Shown one piece after another: positions 25,043 through 36,340 of a stretch of DNA of 60,000 bases. The notes under the pieces were generated by a model. The model ran no database searches. It was not told where the DNA came from and worked only from the letters and a program-made list of their open reading frames with translations. The stretch is from positions 11,906,001 to 11,966,000 of the forward strand of contig CM075988.1 in NCBI GenBank assembly GCA_038087875.1, written 5' to 3'. The position numbers and the translations under genes are program-made. Positions within the stretch are counted from its first letter, which is position 1. The number at the start of each line of letters is the position of its first letter. Source of the stretch: Malacoraja senta. Taxonomy: Eukaryota.

Positions 25043-25754
25043 CAGAATCAGAATCAGAATCAGATTTTATTCACCAAGTATGTTTTGCAACATACGAGGA
25101 ATTTCACTGGCCAGGTCAGTCATACAATTAAAAGCAACAGATTCAAAAACATATTTAACATGAACATCCACCACAGTGACTCCTACACATTCCTCACTGT
25201 GATGGAAGGCGAAATAAAGTTCAAGTCTCTTCCTTTGTTCTTCCTTGGTCGGGGGCCTCGAGCCCTCCGTTAACGGGACGGTCTTAACTCCCGTAGCCGG
25301 CGGTGTTCGAGCCCTCCGCGTCGAGGCGTTCAGCTCCTGCTTCGGGGGGTTATCAGCTCCCCCGCACCGGGCAATCAAACCTCGCGTCGGGGCTGGACGA
25401 ACCTTCTGCGGCGTTGGAGCTCCCGACTTGCCTCTCCCGAGACTGCGAGCCCTTGTTGGTAAGTCCAGGGTGGTCGCGGTGGGAGCGATCCCAGGCAAGG
25501 GATCCGCACAGATGGTAAGTCCGCACCCCGTGGTGGGGCTCACGACAGTCCGAGGCGGCTCCCAGCTCCAGCGTTGGTAGGCCGCAGAGCCCGGAGAATG
25601 TGATCCGAAAAATGATCACATCTCCCTCCCCCCGCCCCCCACATTAAACAAACTGAAGAACATAAAAACAAACTTTAAACGGATGCTAAAAATAACAAAA
25701 AGTTGAAAAAACGACTGCCGGCAGGGCTGGCCATCTCCCAGGCGCCCCTGGTGG
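25043..25754 (-). mobile_element. CpG-rich non-autonomous retroelement with (ATTCTG)n tail
   Basis: (CAGAAT)3 followed by TTTTATT (polyA signal on the minus strand); GC/CpG-rich body; no coding homology recognised. Confidence 0.55.
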
Positions 25755-25802
25755 TAATTTCCAGGAAAGATAAGCTGAAACATTAGCATTGTTCGGCCTG
25801 AT

Positions 25803-26068
25803 TTTAGTTTAGTTTACAGATACAGCATGGGAAAGGCCATCGATCATCCGTACACTAGTTTTATGTCCCACACACTAATGGAAATTTACAGAAACCAATG
25901 AACCTACAAACCCACACATCATCGGGATATGGGAGGAAACCGGAGCACCTGGAGGAAACCCATGCAGTCACAGCGAGAATGTACAAACTTCATACAGGCA
26001 GCACCTGTAGTCAGAATTGAACCCGGGTCTCTTGCGCAGTGAGGCAGAAGCTCTATCGCTGCGCCCTC
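25803..26068 (-). mobile_element. HE1-type V-SINE
   Basis: GGGAGGAAACCGGAGCACCTGGAGGAAACCCA core; B-box-like GGTTCAATTC on the minus strand. Confidence 0.85.
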
Positions 26069-26729
26069 CTGAAGGCCTGACTTGCTGAGTATTCTCAACA
26101 TTTTACATATTTATTTTACTGCGCGCAGAGTTCTCACAACATGACAAATGAAATTGTTTATCTTTTAATTCATTTGATTAGGCCCTGTTATTGGATTATG
26201 GTTGCTATCTTCATGGTTTACCTTAATCCTATTTTCAGAATTCATTGAAAAAAATGTTGAATAAATGTTACAATATTATATATAATTTGTGTGAGAGGCA
26301 TACAATGCAATTTTTGTTGGATCGCATTAGTGATGCAATGTATTCAAAACACATTTCTCAAAATTATATTCATATGCTTTTAAGACTGATGAATAATATT
26401 TCATGGTAAAATAGGGAGAGAGATGTTCATGGCTCTATTTTCAACATATTATGTTGCATCAATACTCGGGGAATTAATGCAAAATATTTGTAGTTACGGT
26501 ATAACTAAAACATGATGGATGTGTGTTGATGATATTGTAACAGCAGTTACTAGTGAGGGCTTGGAGTACTTCCAGTTGAGTTTCATCCTGGGTTAGTTGA
26601 AGCTCATTTAACTCGACTTATCTGTGGTAAAGTTGTTATTTTAATGATAAATGGTAAGATTCGAGCATTTTAATGGAAACACATTACTTAGAAGGCGCTA
26701 AATGTGGCTGTCAACTCACAGGTATCACT

Positions 26730-27125
26730 TTCAGTTTAGTTTATTGTCACGTGTACCGAGGTACAGTGAAAATCATTTGTTGAGTGCTATCCAGTCAGCA
26801 GAAAATCAATACATGATTACAATCGATCCAATTACAGTGTGTAGATACATGATAAGGGAATAACTTTTAGTGCAAGGTAAAGCCAGCAAAGTCTGATCAA
26901 GGATAGTCCGAGGGTCACCAAAGAGATAGATTGTAGTTCAGCACTGCTCTCTGGTTGCGGTAGGATGATTCAATTGCCTGATAACAGCTGGGAAGAAACT
27001 GTCCCTGAATCTGGTGGTGTATGTTTTCACACTTCTATACCTTTTGCCTGATGGGAGAGGGGAGAAGAGGGAGCGGCCAGGGTGCGACTCGTCCTTGAAT
27101 ATGCTTGCCGAGGCAGCATAAGGTA
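26730..27125 (-). mobile_element. Rex1/Babar LINE 3' end
   Basis: Minus strand DESHPGRSLFSPLPSGKRYRSVKTYTTRFRDSFFPAVIRQLN; tail TTTATTGTCACGTGTACCGAGGTACAGTGAAA. Confidence 0.85.
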
Positions 27126-27389
27126 TAACCCTACGCTTTACAAAAACATTTCTGAGTTTATCACTGAAACATAGAGTATATTATTACCGCCAAGAGACTG
27201 TGCTTTTTCCTGCTATGTGCCCTGGTCAAGGCAATCTCATTTTGTCGTGCAACACTTCAGAGGAACTGTTTAAAAAAAAATATTAAGACAAAACATATGT
27301 CAGTGAAGGAATTCTGTGCAGGAGACTGGAATAATGGAATCTAGCTTTCAGTGGGGAAAAATTATACTCAGATCCAACAAAAGACCACT

Positions 27390-28035
27390 GGGTTCTGAAG
27401 TAACATCCACTTGTATTTATATAGTGATCTAACATTGCCCAATGTTTCAGGAATGTCATTAAATATAATTTGAAACTGTTGTGAAAGGGGATAATAGTGA
27501 ATGATAACCAAAATCTTGGACAAAGAGAGATTTTAAAAGGCATTATGAAGGAGGAATAAATGTAGAGAGGCAGGAGGGGTTAATTTGGAAATTAGTGAGT
27601 GCAAATCTTTGATAGCTTGTCAAGTCCACTAATGTCATAGTTATGAAATTTGGGGAAGATCAAGTTGCTGGAATAGCTTTAAAGGCTGGAGAAGGTTTCG
27701 GAGATAAGGAGTGAGTAAAATAATAAGAAAGCAATGGTAATAATTACAGAAATGAGGCATTCTCACTGGAGATCCAATGCAGATCACTGATGTTGGCGAA
27801 ACACATTGGTGCAAGGAAGATTTTGGGCAACAAAAGGCTTACTAAACAGTAGTGTAATGAAAACTCAGGCAAGAGTGTGTTGGCAAACTCAAATCAATGG
27901 TTTACAAATGCATGGATTACAATATCAGCGGCGGATACACAAGGGTGGGGTATGCAATGGAAATGGAATGTATTAGTTGTGTGGTCTGAAGCTTGGGATC
28001 AAATAAGATGACAAGTTTGTGAACAGTTTACATCA
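27390..28035 (-). mobile_element. Old L2-like fragment
   Basis: Degenerate; GGGATCAAATAAGATGAC and purine-rich L2-like 3' region. Confidence 0.35.
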
Positions 28036-28057
28036 GCTTTGCCATTTTGTGCCTTTC

Positions 28058-28183
28058 TAAGAAGCTGCAGATGCTGGTTTACAACAAAACGACACAAAGT
28101 GCTGGAGTAACTCAGCAGGTCAGGCAGCATCTCTGGAGAACACGGATAAGTGATATTTCGGATTGGGACCCATCTTCGGACTC
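28058..28183 (-). mobile_element. Short Penelope-terminus repeat with tail
   Basis: CTGCAGATGCTGGTTTAC..GGAGTAACTCAGCAGGTCAGGCAGCATCTCTGG.. Confidence 0.8.
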
Positions 28184-28259
28184 CGTTGTCAATTATCAGT
28201 TGTATTAAGTAACCAGATCATAATAGGGTAATCCAAGTACGTAATGCAACTGAACACAA

Positions 28260-28645
28260 AGTCCTCAGTAGGTCGGTGCTGAGCTGTGGCAGAGTGATTC
28301 AAGAACCTGACATTTACTGTGAAAAAATCTGTTCTTGAACCTTTAGGTAATGGATCTCAGGGTACCAGATAGTAGCAGTGAGAAAAAAAAAGTGTGGCCA
28401 GAGAGATGTGGGTCTTTGATATCAGTTTATTTCTCGAGGTAACATTCCTGTGGATCCCTTCAATGCAAGGAGATCAATACCTATGATGGTCTGGGTAATA
28501 TCTACCAATTTCTGCCATCTCCTTCGTTATTGGAGATTCGAGTTACTGAACCACACCGTGATGCGACCGTTCAATATGCTCTCCAAAGTCTATCTGCGGA
28601 AGTTCAATAGAGTATTCTCAGCATACTGAATCTCCTCAAGCTTCT
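28260..28645 (-). mobile_element. Degenerate Rex1 fragment
   Basis: TTCAAGAACCTGA..AAAAATCTGTTCTTGAACC..GTGGCCAG; similar to the 26960-27100 C-terminal region. Confidence 0.55.
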
Positions 28646-29392
28646 GTGTGCAGAATACGTGAAGGCAATCGTTTTCTGATGGATAAAATGCTGGGTTTGA
28701 AGGTAATTTAAGCTTAACACAAAGGGCTGCTAGACTGTGAATGATGGGCTTGGGGAGGCGAGGAGCAGATTGGCGCTCTGAGCCATAGAGTCATCACGGC
28801 ATGGGAGGAGCGCACTTGTACATCAAGTCCATGTCAGTTCCGAGTAGATCAATCCTATCAGTCCTGTTCCCCCAATCTTTCCCCGTTATTGGATAAGACT
28901 GAAAAGGATTTTATGTCACGTCGTGTCAAAGGGTAGTTAAGCAATAAGTGCTTCAATGTGGAACTAGAGTCACAGATCAGCCAGGTTCCACTCCCTGGAG
29001 AATTTTGAGCATGTGTTTCTTATGAAATCCTGGTAGATGATTACATTTAACGTACAGTATTAGATCTTTATTTAGCAATTTTAAAACCTATTTCTCTTTT
29101 GAAGCATTTCAATCTTTTGCTGCAGCAAAAGCAATATTTTGGTACAAAATATGGACCCAGCCATTTTCATTTTGTGCAAACAGATCCCCTTTCCGACAAA
29201 AGAGGCCAGCGGGTAGCTTTGCAAAGGTGAAAGTATGAAGTAACTGTGAGTGCGATCACTGTAATACTGTAATATCCGGGCTTGCACACCAAGTCAAACA
29301 GGTATGTCATTATTCACTGGGAGCTCACTTTGATCACTAAAATTTAATCACTAAATTGAAAAGCATTGTCTTCTGCCTGTAGCTTTTTGGAA

Positions 29393-29710
29393 GGCACTTT
29401 TGGTGCAGCTGTTAGAGCTGCCACGTCACACTGCCAGGTACGTGGGTTCGATCCTGACCTCGGGTGCAGTCTGTGGGGGTTTTGCATTTTCTTCCTTTGA
29501 CCGCATGGGTTTCCCTCAGGTACTCCAGTTCGCTCTCTCATCCCAAAGACGCTCGAGTGTGTAGGTTAATTGGCCTCAGTAAATTGTTCCTCATATGCCG
29601 GCAGTGGGTGAGAAAGTGCGATAGCTTTGAAATTAAAGGGTGATCAATGGTTGGTGTGGACTCGACAGGCCAAAGGGCCTGTTTCCATGCTGTATCTTTA
29701 AACTAAACTA
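29393..29710 (+). mobile_element. HE1-type V-SINE
   Basis: B box GGTTCGATCC; core; GCTGTATCTTTAAACTAAACTA tail. Confidence 0.85.
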
Positions 29711-29749
29711 GATAGCATACTGGTAAGTGGGTACCAGCATTGTGTAATT

Positions 29750-29915
29750 GAGACCCAAGAGACTGCAGAAGCTTGAATCTGAAGCAAGAAACCAACTCAT
29801 GGAGGAACTCAGTGCGCTGACTGGCATCTGTGGGTGGAAAGGAATTGCCAACACATTGGGTCGAGACCCTCCATCGGGACTGAGAATGAAGAGGGAAGAT
29901 AGTCAGTATAACGAG

Positions 29916-29952
<37 letters not shown>

Positions 29953-30270
29953 CGGTTGGACAAGGGTGAGTGGTTGATTGGTCTGTGGTGGGATGAAGGA
30001 TGAAGGGAGGACAACTAATTTGGGGAGTGGGACGGGTAGAGCTGTCAGATGGGGGTGGATGGGTGAGAGGTAGAAGCAGACAAGGAATAGATGGCAGATG
30101 TATCCAAGTGAGGAGAGGGGAATGTGAAGCTTGGAGGGTGATAAAACTACTGGGGGAGAGGTGAAGGTTACATGGTGTAATTTTACATGGTTTTAAATAC
30201 AATGTGTGAAATTTGTGGCCAGTTGTTGAATGGAACCAGCAAAGAGATGGGGAAAGATGGGTGTTGGGGA
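29750..30270 (-). mobile_element. Older Penelope 3' region (terminus plus purine-rich UTR) containing a (GA)n run
   Basis: GAGACTGCAGAAGC..GGAGGAACTCAG..GGGTCGAGACCCT.. followed by a G/A-rich tract as in 8145-8330. Confidence 0.55.
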
Positions 30271-31059
30271 GGGAGGGGGTGGTACTTTTATTTTGTTATG
30301 TATGAACGCTTTATATTCTGTTAGTTCACAACATGGCAATGGGCAGAGTGCAAGAATATAATTTTGCTTTACAACAAAAATGGGACTTGTTACTCAGCCA
30401 TTAATTCATTTAACGTCATTTCACTTTGACTTCTATTTTGATGCTTCCTTTGTTTTTTTTTACACAAATCGTCTTATTCTTAGAGTACAAATATGAATTT
30501 AGTTCAACAGTTCTTGAGATCATTTGACAACTAATATGGCACATGTTTATTATTATGTTCACTGGTTGGATTATTCCTTTCTTATCCAATTTCCCGGCTG
30601 GGATTTTAACATTAATACCACAATGCAGCATATGTGGTGCACCTGATAGAGGTGCTGCCTAGAGTGGTCCCCGAGATGGCACGGATTTTTCCAAAATGCT
30701 TTGGTATCGACATCTCATAGACAGACTGGTTCGTAAAGTACTGACAATTACCCCTAATGTTAATGTGTGGAAGGAAAAGGAGACTTACTGACGAGCATGA
30801 TGGAGAGTATAAGTTGCAGGGAAGTGAGTGGAGGAATGACATTGATGGGTTGCTCTGATAGCAGGCTGGGACTTGATATGCTGAATGACCTCTTATGTTG
30901 TAATTCAATGTCATCCTGGATAATGTCATTATTTACACTTGGGCTACCTACTGATGTTCTATTTTCACACCATGCCACAAAGGTTATACTTTTGCCAGTT
31001 GGACTTGAAAAATCTGTATGTTATGTTAATCACAAGATCCTTAGCATCATCGATTTACA

Positions 31060-31875
31060 TAGGGATCTTGGGGTCCAAATCCACAGCTCCATAAAAATGG
31101 CAACACAAGCATGTAGAGTGGTAAAGAAGATAGGCACAAAATGCTGGAGTAAGTCAGCGGGACAGGCAGCATCTCTGGAGAGAAGGAATTGGTGCTGTTT
31201 TGGGTCGAGACTCTTTTTCAGACTGATGTATGGTATGCTTGCCTTGATCAGTCAGGGATTTGAGTATAAGAGTCAGGAAGATGTGTTACAGCTTTATGGG
31301 ACTTTGGTTAGTTGGCATTTGGAGTATTGTGTGCAATTCTGGTTGCCCCATTATAGAAGGAAATGGAGGCTTTGAGGAGAGTGCAGAAGAGGTTTATCAG
31401 AATTCTGCCTGGATTAAAGAGTGTTTGCTATAAGTAGAGGTTGAGGAAACATTTTTTGTTTCCTCTAGTGCGATGGAGGCTGTGGGAAACTTGATAGAAA
31501 TACATAAAATTATAAGATGCAAAGATGGGGTAGACAGTCAGAATATTTTTCTTAGTGTGGAAATGTCAAAGACTACAGGGCAGAGCATTAAGACGAGGTG
31601 GGGGGGTGGGCAACATTTAAAGGAGATGTGCAGGGCAGTTTTTTTTTACCAAGTGAGTGGTGAGTGTCTGGAATGTGCTGTCAGGTTTGGTGCTGGAGGC
31701 AAATGCAATAGTGACATTTAAGAGGTTATTAGATAAACACATGATATGCAAGAGATAGAGATATATATATAATGTGCAGGTAGATAAGAGTAGTTTAAGA
31801 TGACATTGTTCAATACAGATGTTGTGAACCAAAGGTGCTGTTCCTGTGCTGTACTATTCTATGTTCTATGTTCTA
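31060..31875 (+). mobile_element. CR1 fragment (RT C-terminus and 3' UTR)
   Basis: DLGVQIH..LQLYGTLVSWHLEYCVQFWLPHY; (TTCTATG)n tail. Confidence 0.85.
31127..31224 (-). mobile_element. Short Penelope-terminus repeat nested in a CR1 fragment
   Basis: Interrupts CR1 sequence GTGGTAAAGAAG|..|TATGGTATGCTTGCC. Confidence 0.8.
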
Positions 31876-32844
31876 ATATTGAATGGTCTATTACTTCCAG
31901 GTGGTAGGTAGGATTCTGCAGATGTCCTGACGCATTTATTCAACAGAGCCACTGTTATGATTTATCAGACTCCAGGGATATAGTTCTTATGCATCATCTT
32001 GAACAACTATCATCAGTAATTGGGAAATAAAGTAAAAATGTGATGCCAATGAACAACATATCCTTGCAGATGAACACTCCAATGTATAATTAATGTGTGT
32101 TGGCATTTTTTCACTTTGTGTGATTAATTGTTATTGAGGCTCATGTCAAAAATCTATTTTACCATCTTTGATCAATGCAAAGGAAATTATACTACCGAAG
32201 AAATATTAAATTCAATATGATCCTGGGTAATGCCTCATTATTTATACTTAGGGTACCTGCTGGTGTTATATTTTTATGCCACGTCACGATAGTTATGCTT
32301 TCACAGCATGGAATTTTTCTTAAATATATTAAAGATATGTGCCATTGGATCACTCATCTGGTCTCCGGTTAAACCCCCCAGTGTTGCAAAAGAATTATGA
32401 ACTTATTCTCATTTTCCAATTGAATGTGCAACTTAAGAGGAAACACAAGGGATGGGAGTTTCTCTAAATGGTTGGGCTGGCAACATTCACCATTAGGTAC
32501 TGTATGCACAATTGCAAATGAAAATGCAGCTGTGTAGTTAAAGGCAAAAAGCACAAGTTGCTGTCACCAGTCAGGTGCCCTCTGTGATTGTCTCACTTTC
32601 TGAGATTTCACCCAAAATGCGTTAAATTCAGGATGAACTATAATTGCCATGGAAAGTTTGTCCAATTTCAGTCCATGCACCATTTTCCATGGCATGTTGG
32701 GTCTTATTTCCTCCTAAGCAATACCTCTCACACAAAAAATAACTTTTACAAGTGCGATGTTTCGTGCTTTAATTGTCAGAAATTACTTTTTTAAATGTAT
32801 ATGTTTTATTTTATATGTTGTCTCTCCTATCATTCACTAATTTC

Positions 32845-33066
32845 AAAAAAGGCACACAGTGCTGGAGTAGTCAGGCAATATATCTGGAGAACATGGATAG
32901 CTGACTTTTTGGGTTGGGAGTTTCTTTCAGACCCTTCTCCTGAAGAAGGGTTCCGCCCTGAAATGTCACTTATCCACATCTCCATAGATGCTGCATGAGC
33001 TGCTGAGTTACTCCAGCACTTTGTGTCTTTTTTAGTAAACCAGCATCTGCAGTTTCATGTGTCTCC
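32845..33066. mobile_element. Palindromic Penelope-terminus insertion
   Basis: Inverted arms plus tail; TCACTAATT duplicated at 32834-32842 and 33069-33077. Confidence 0.8.
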
Positions 33067-33489
33067 ACTCACTAATTCCACTTTCCCTTTCCTTCTCTTT
33101 CTTTCACTTACAATTATATTTCATTAAATTGAACATTCTGATTTTGCATTGTTCATCAACAATACTGTTTGCCTAATGAGGAAACTGGATTGTTTTACCT
33201 TTCACATGGATTATACTTGCTCTGTGGATGATCCTTCTTTCCACTTGTACGGCAGAAGATCATGAAAATTAAATGGACAGAAGATCTACCACATTTAACA
33301 AATCCTCTCCCATTGTCCTGACATGAATTAGGATATTGTGCATCTGCTGGCACTAGAATAAATCTGTTTGCTTGTCTAGCATTTGTTATAAAATATGATA
33401 AACTTTTAACCAATAAAATGTTTAAGCAAATGGACCAGTTTTCTTTAAATGGAATGTATTTAGAATCAAGTTCACAAATCATTTCTTTT

Positions 33490-34140
33490 CCAGAGAGGCT
33501 TTTAGGCAATATAGACAGACTAAGTGAATGGGAAAGGTTATGGGAAATGAGAAATAATACAGAAATAATGTGCAGTCTTCCATTTTGGTAGAATTAAGTG
33601 GAAATGCAGAGTTTCGCTTTAAATGGCGAGACACCGATGATATATTGGTGTTCATGGAGATCAAAATGACTTTATTTATGACATCTGGAAAATTGTACAG
33701 TCTCTGATAGTTAGAATATCCTTGCATTGTGGGAGTGCAGCAAAGTTCACAAAATTGATTCCAGAAACGACAGTCTTTTCTTTGCAGAGAAACTAAACAG
33801 AATGGGTCTGTATTCCCATTGATGATGCCATTGAAATGTACAAAGTTTTCCAACTTGATTAGTCGGATATAGAGCTGATGATTCATATTGTTGGGATTGC
33901 TCATTCAGGCAAGAGGTGGGAAGAAATGTCTCCACCCAAATCATAATCTATCTCTGGAGTTCTCTACTTCAGAGGGGTTTGGAGCTGTAGTCATCAAGTA
34001 GATTCAAGCAGAGTGGATAATTATTAAGGAAATTAAGGGATTTGGAATTGGGAGAAAATAGTGCTTATTGAAAGTAAGGCTTATTGAACAACACAGCAGT
34101 ATTAGAGGCCACATAACCAACCTTGCTACTTTTTTATGTT
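33490..34140 (+). mobile_element. Old degenerate CR1 fragment
   Basis: ATATAGACAGACTAAGTGAATGGG..GGAGTGCAGCAAAGTTCACAAAATTGATTCC.. Confidence 0.6.
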
Positions 34141-34896
34141 CTGTTTAAAGTTATAGATCAACAACTGTCTGTTCGGCATCTGTCACAAACTACATAAAGC
34201 GCTTATTTGAGCAGGTTTGTCCGGAGTGATTTTAGTTATTTTTTCTGGATTTGTATTTCCAAACACATAAACAATCAAGACTAGTTTGTTGAATCTGGCC
34301 AAGTGTAAGATCTGGATGTTACAAATTGTCTCATAAACACTTCTCAGCACAGGGAGGGAACGCAAAACTATTTAAAAAGTGATACATAAAATGGCTGGCA
34401 AGTTTCCGTCAACTGTTAAGTCAAATTACTGCTCTAATTTACCAGCTGATTTGATTTACAGGAAGTTCCTGGCGTGATGCTTTCACAGTGTGGGAAAACA
34501 TTGTGAATGCCACAGGGAAATGCTGTTGAAACATCAACTGAAGACCAGCCATCTTCAACAAATTTTAATTGTTAGCACATTTCGAAAACTGATTAGATTA
34601 CATCATACTTTATGGATGGATGTAATTCCATCAGTTTGCGATTGCATCCAACCTGCTGCATTTGTGCGAAATTTGAAAAACAAAAATTATTCTTGCTAAA
34701 TCTGTTAATGATTGCAAATTTGAGGTTCCAATAGCGTCGTTACGCAATTAACATTGTCGAAGCTTGCCGTTCACATGTATAATGGGACGGTTTCAACACG
34801 GCTCAAATGTTAATAGCATTTCATGTGATAGGGGCTGAGATATAAAATGGAGGCACGCGCACGACAAATGTACTATTTAATTTAGAATACCCTCTC

Positions 34897-35330
34897 TTGA
34901 AAAGACTAGGCTTTTATTCACTGGAGTTTAGAAGGATGAGGGGGTATCTTATAGAAACATATAAAATTATAAAAGGACTGGACAAGCTAGATGCAGGAAA
35001 AATGTTCTCAATGTTGGGCGAGTCCAGAACCAGGGGCCACAGTCTTAGAATAAAGGGGAGGCCATTTAAGACTGAGGTGAGAAAAAACGTTTTCACCCAG
35101 AGTTGTGAATTTGTGGAATTCCCTGCCACAGAGGGCAGTGGAGGCCAAGTCACTGGATGGATTTAAGAGAGTTAGATAGAGCTCTCGGGGCTAGTGAAAT
35201 CAAGGGATATGGGGAGAATGCAGGCATGGGTTATTGATTGGGGACGATCAGCCATGATCACAATGAATGGCAGGTGCTGGCTCGAAGGGCCGAATGGCCG
35301 CCTCCTGCACCTATTTTCTATGTTTCTATG
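34897..35330 (+). mobile_element. Young CR1/HER1 3' end
   Basis: RLGFYSLEFRRMRGYLIETYKIIKGLDKLDAGKMF..; GTTTCTAT tail. Confidence 0.9.
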
Positions 35331-35659
35331 TTTATTATAAATGCAGAAAGATGTTTCTTCATAATTTGCTCGTTCATAAACTTTCAGGCTGCATGGTTGA
35401 AAATATTTAGGTCCATTTGCAAATATTGGTCCCAGGAGCACATTTTTAACATACTATTCAAACTACAACATTAATAAGAGAAATAATACACCATTCCCAT
35501 TCAGATGTGTGCTGCCTGCTATAGAAGATAAGGGACAATTATACTCATCCTGTATATATGCCTGAAGTAGATGTTTATAGGTGACAAGCATTGATTATAA
35601 CTTTTATCCATGTAGTCAACTTATTAAACCAAACATATGAATTATAAGCAAAAGTTGGT

Positions 35660-36340
35660 CACTCGATCCCTCAAGCCTGTTCCATCATTTAATGTGATGA
35701 CTATTGTAACCTCTACATCCCCATTCACTTGTGATAATTTTTCAACACATTTTAAAATTAAGAATCTATATGCCTCCACCTTAAACATTCTAAAAATTCA
35801 CAACTCTCTGAGAGGAAAAGAAGTTTCATCATTTTGCTGTCTTCAATGGGCAATACCTTATTCTAAACAGTGGACCCCAGTTCTAGATTCTCCCTCAAGA
35901 TGAACCATCTTTTCTGGAGCTATCCTGTTAAAATCCCTCAAGATTATTTTTATATATGATTCAATTAAATCTTTTCTCATGGTTCTTAATGACAGCAGCT
36001 ACGAGCTTACTTTGTCTAAGCTTTGCACATTCCAGGCATTCATCTGATAAACGTTATCTGAACTGCTTCCAACGCATTCGCATTTTCCCTTGGAAAGAGG
36101 CCAGCACTAGATGCAATACTCCAGGTGAGGTCTCACCAATGCATTGAAGCAAAGCTTCCCTATTCCTGAATTCAATTCCCTTCACAATAAATGATAACAT
36201 CATGTTTGCTTTCCTAATTACTTGCTTCATATGCATGATCACCTTTGAGAAATCATGCATGAGGACACTTAGGTCCCTCTGCACCTCGGAATTCTACATT
36301 CTCTCATCATTTAGATAATACACTTTCCTGTCAAAATAGA
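35660..36340 (-). mobile_element. Degenerate CR1 fragment
   Basis: QRDLSVLMH..QVIRKANMMLSFIVKGIEFRNREALLQ. Confidence 0.75.

Noticed and set aside
25067..25619. Several overlapping 70-160-aa ORFs
   Set aside because: Expected from GC-rich repeat sequence; no motifs.
30767..31375. 202-aa ORF
   Set aside because: Chimera of degenerate SINE/unique DNA, CR1 RT fragments and a nested Penelope terminus; not a gene.
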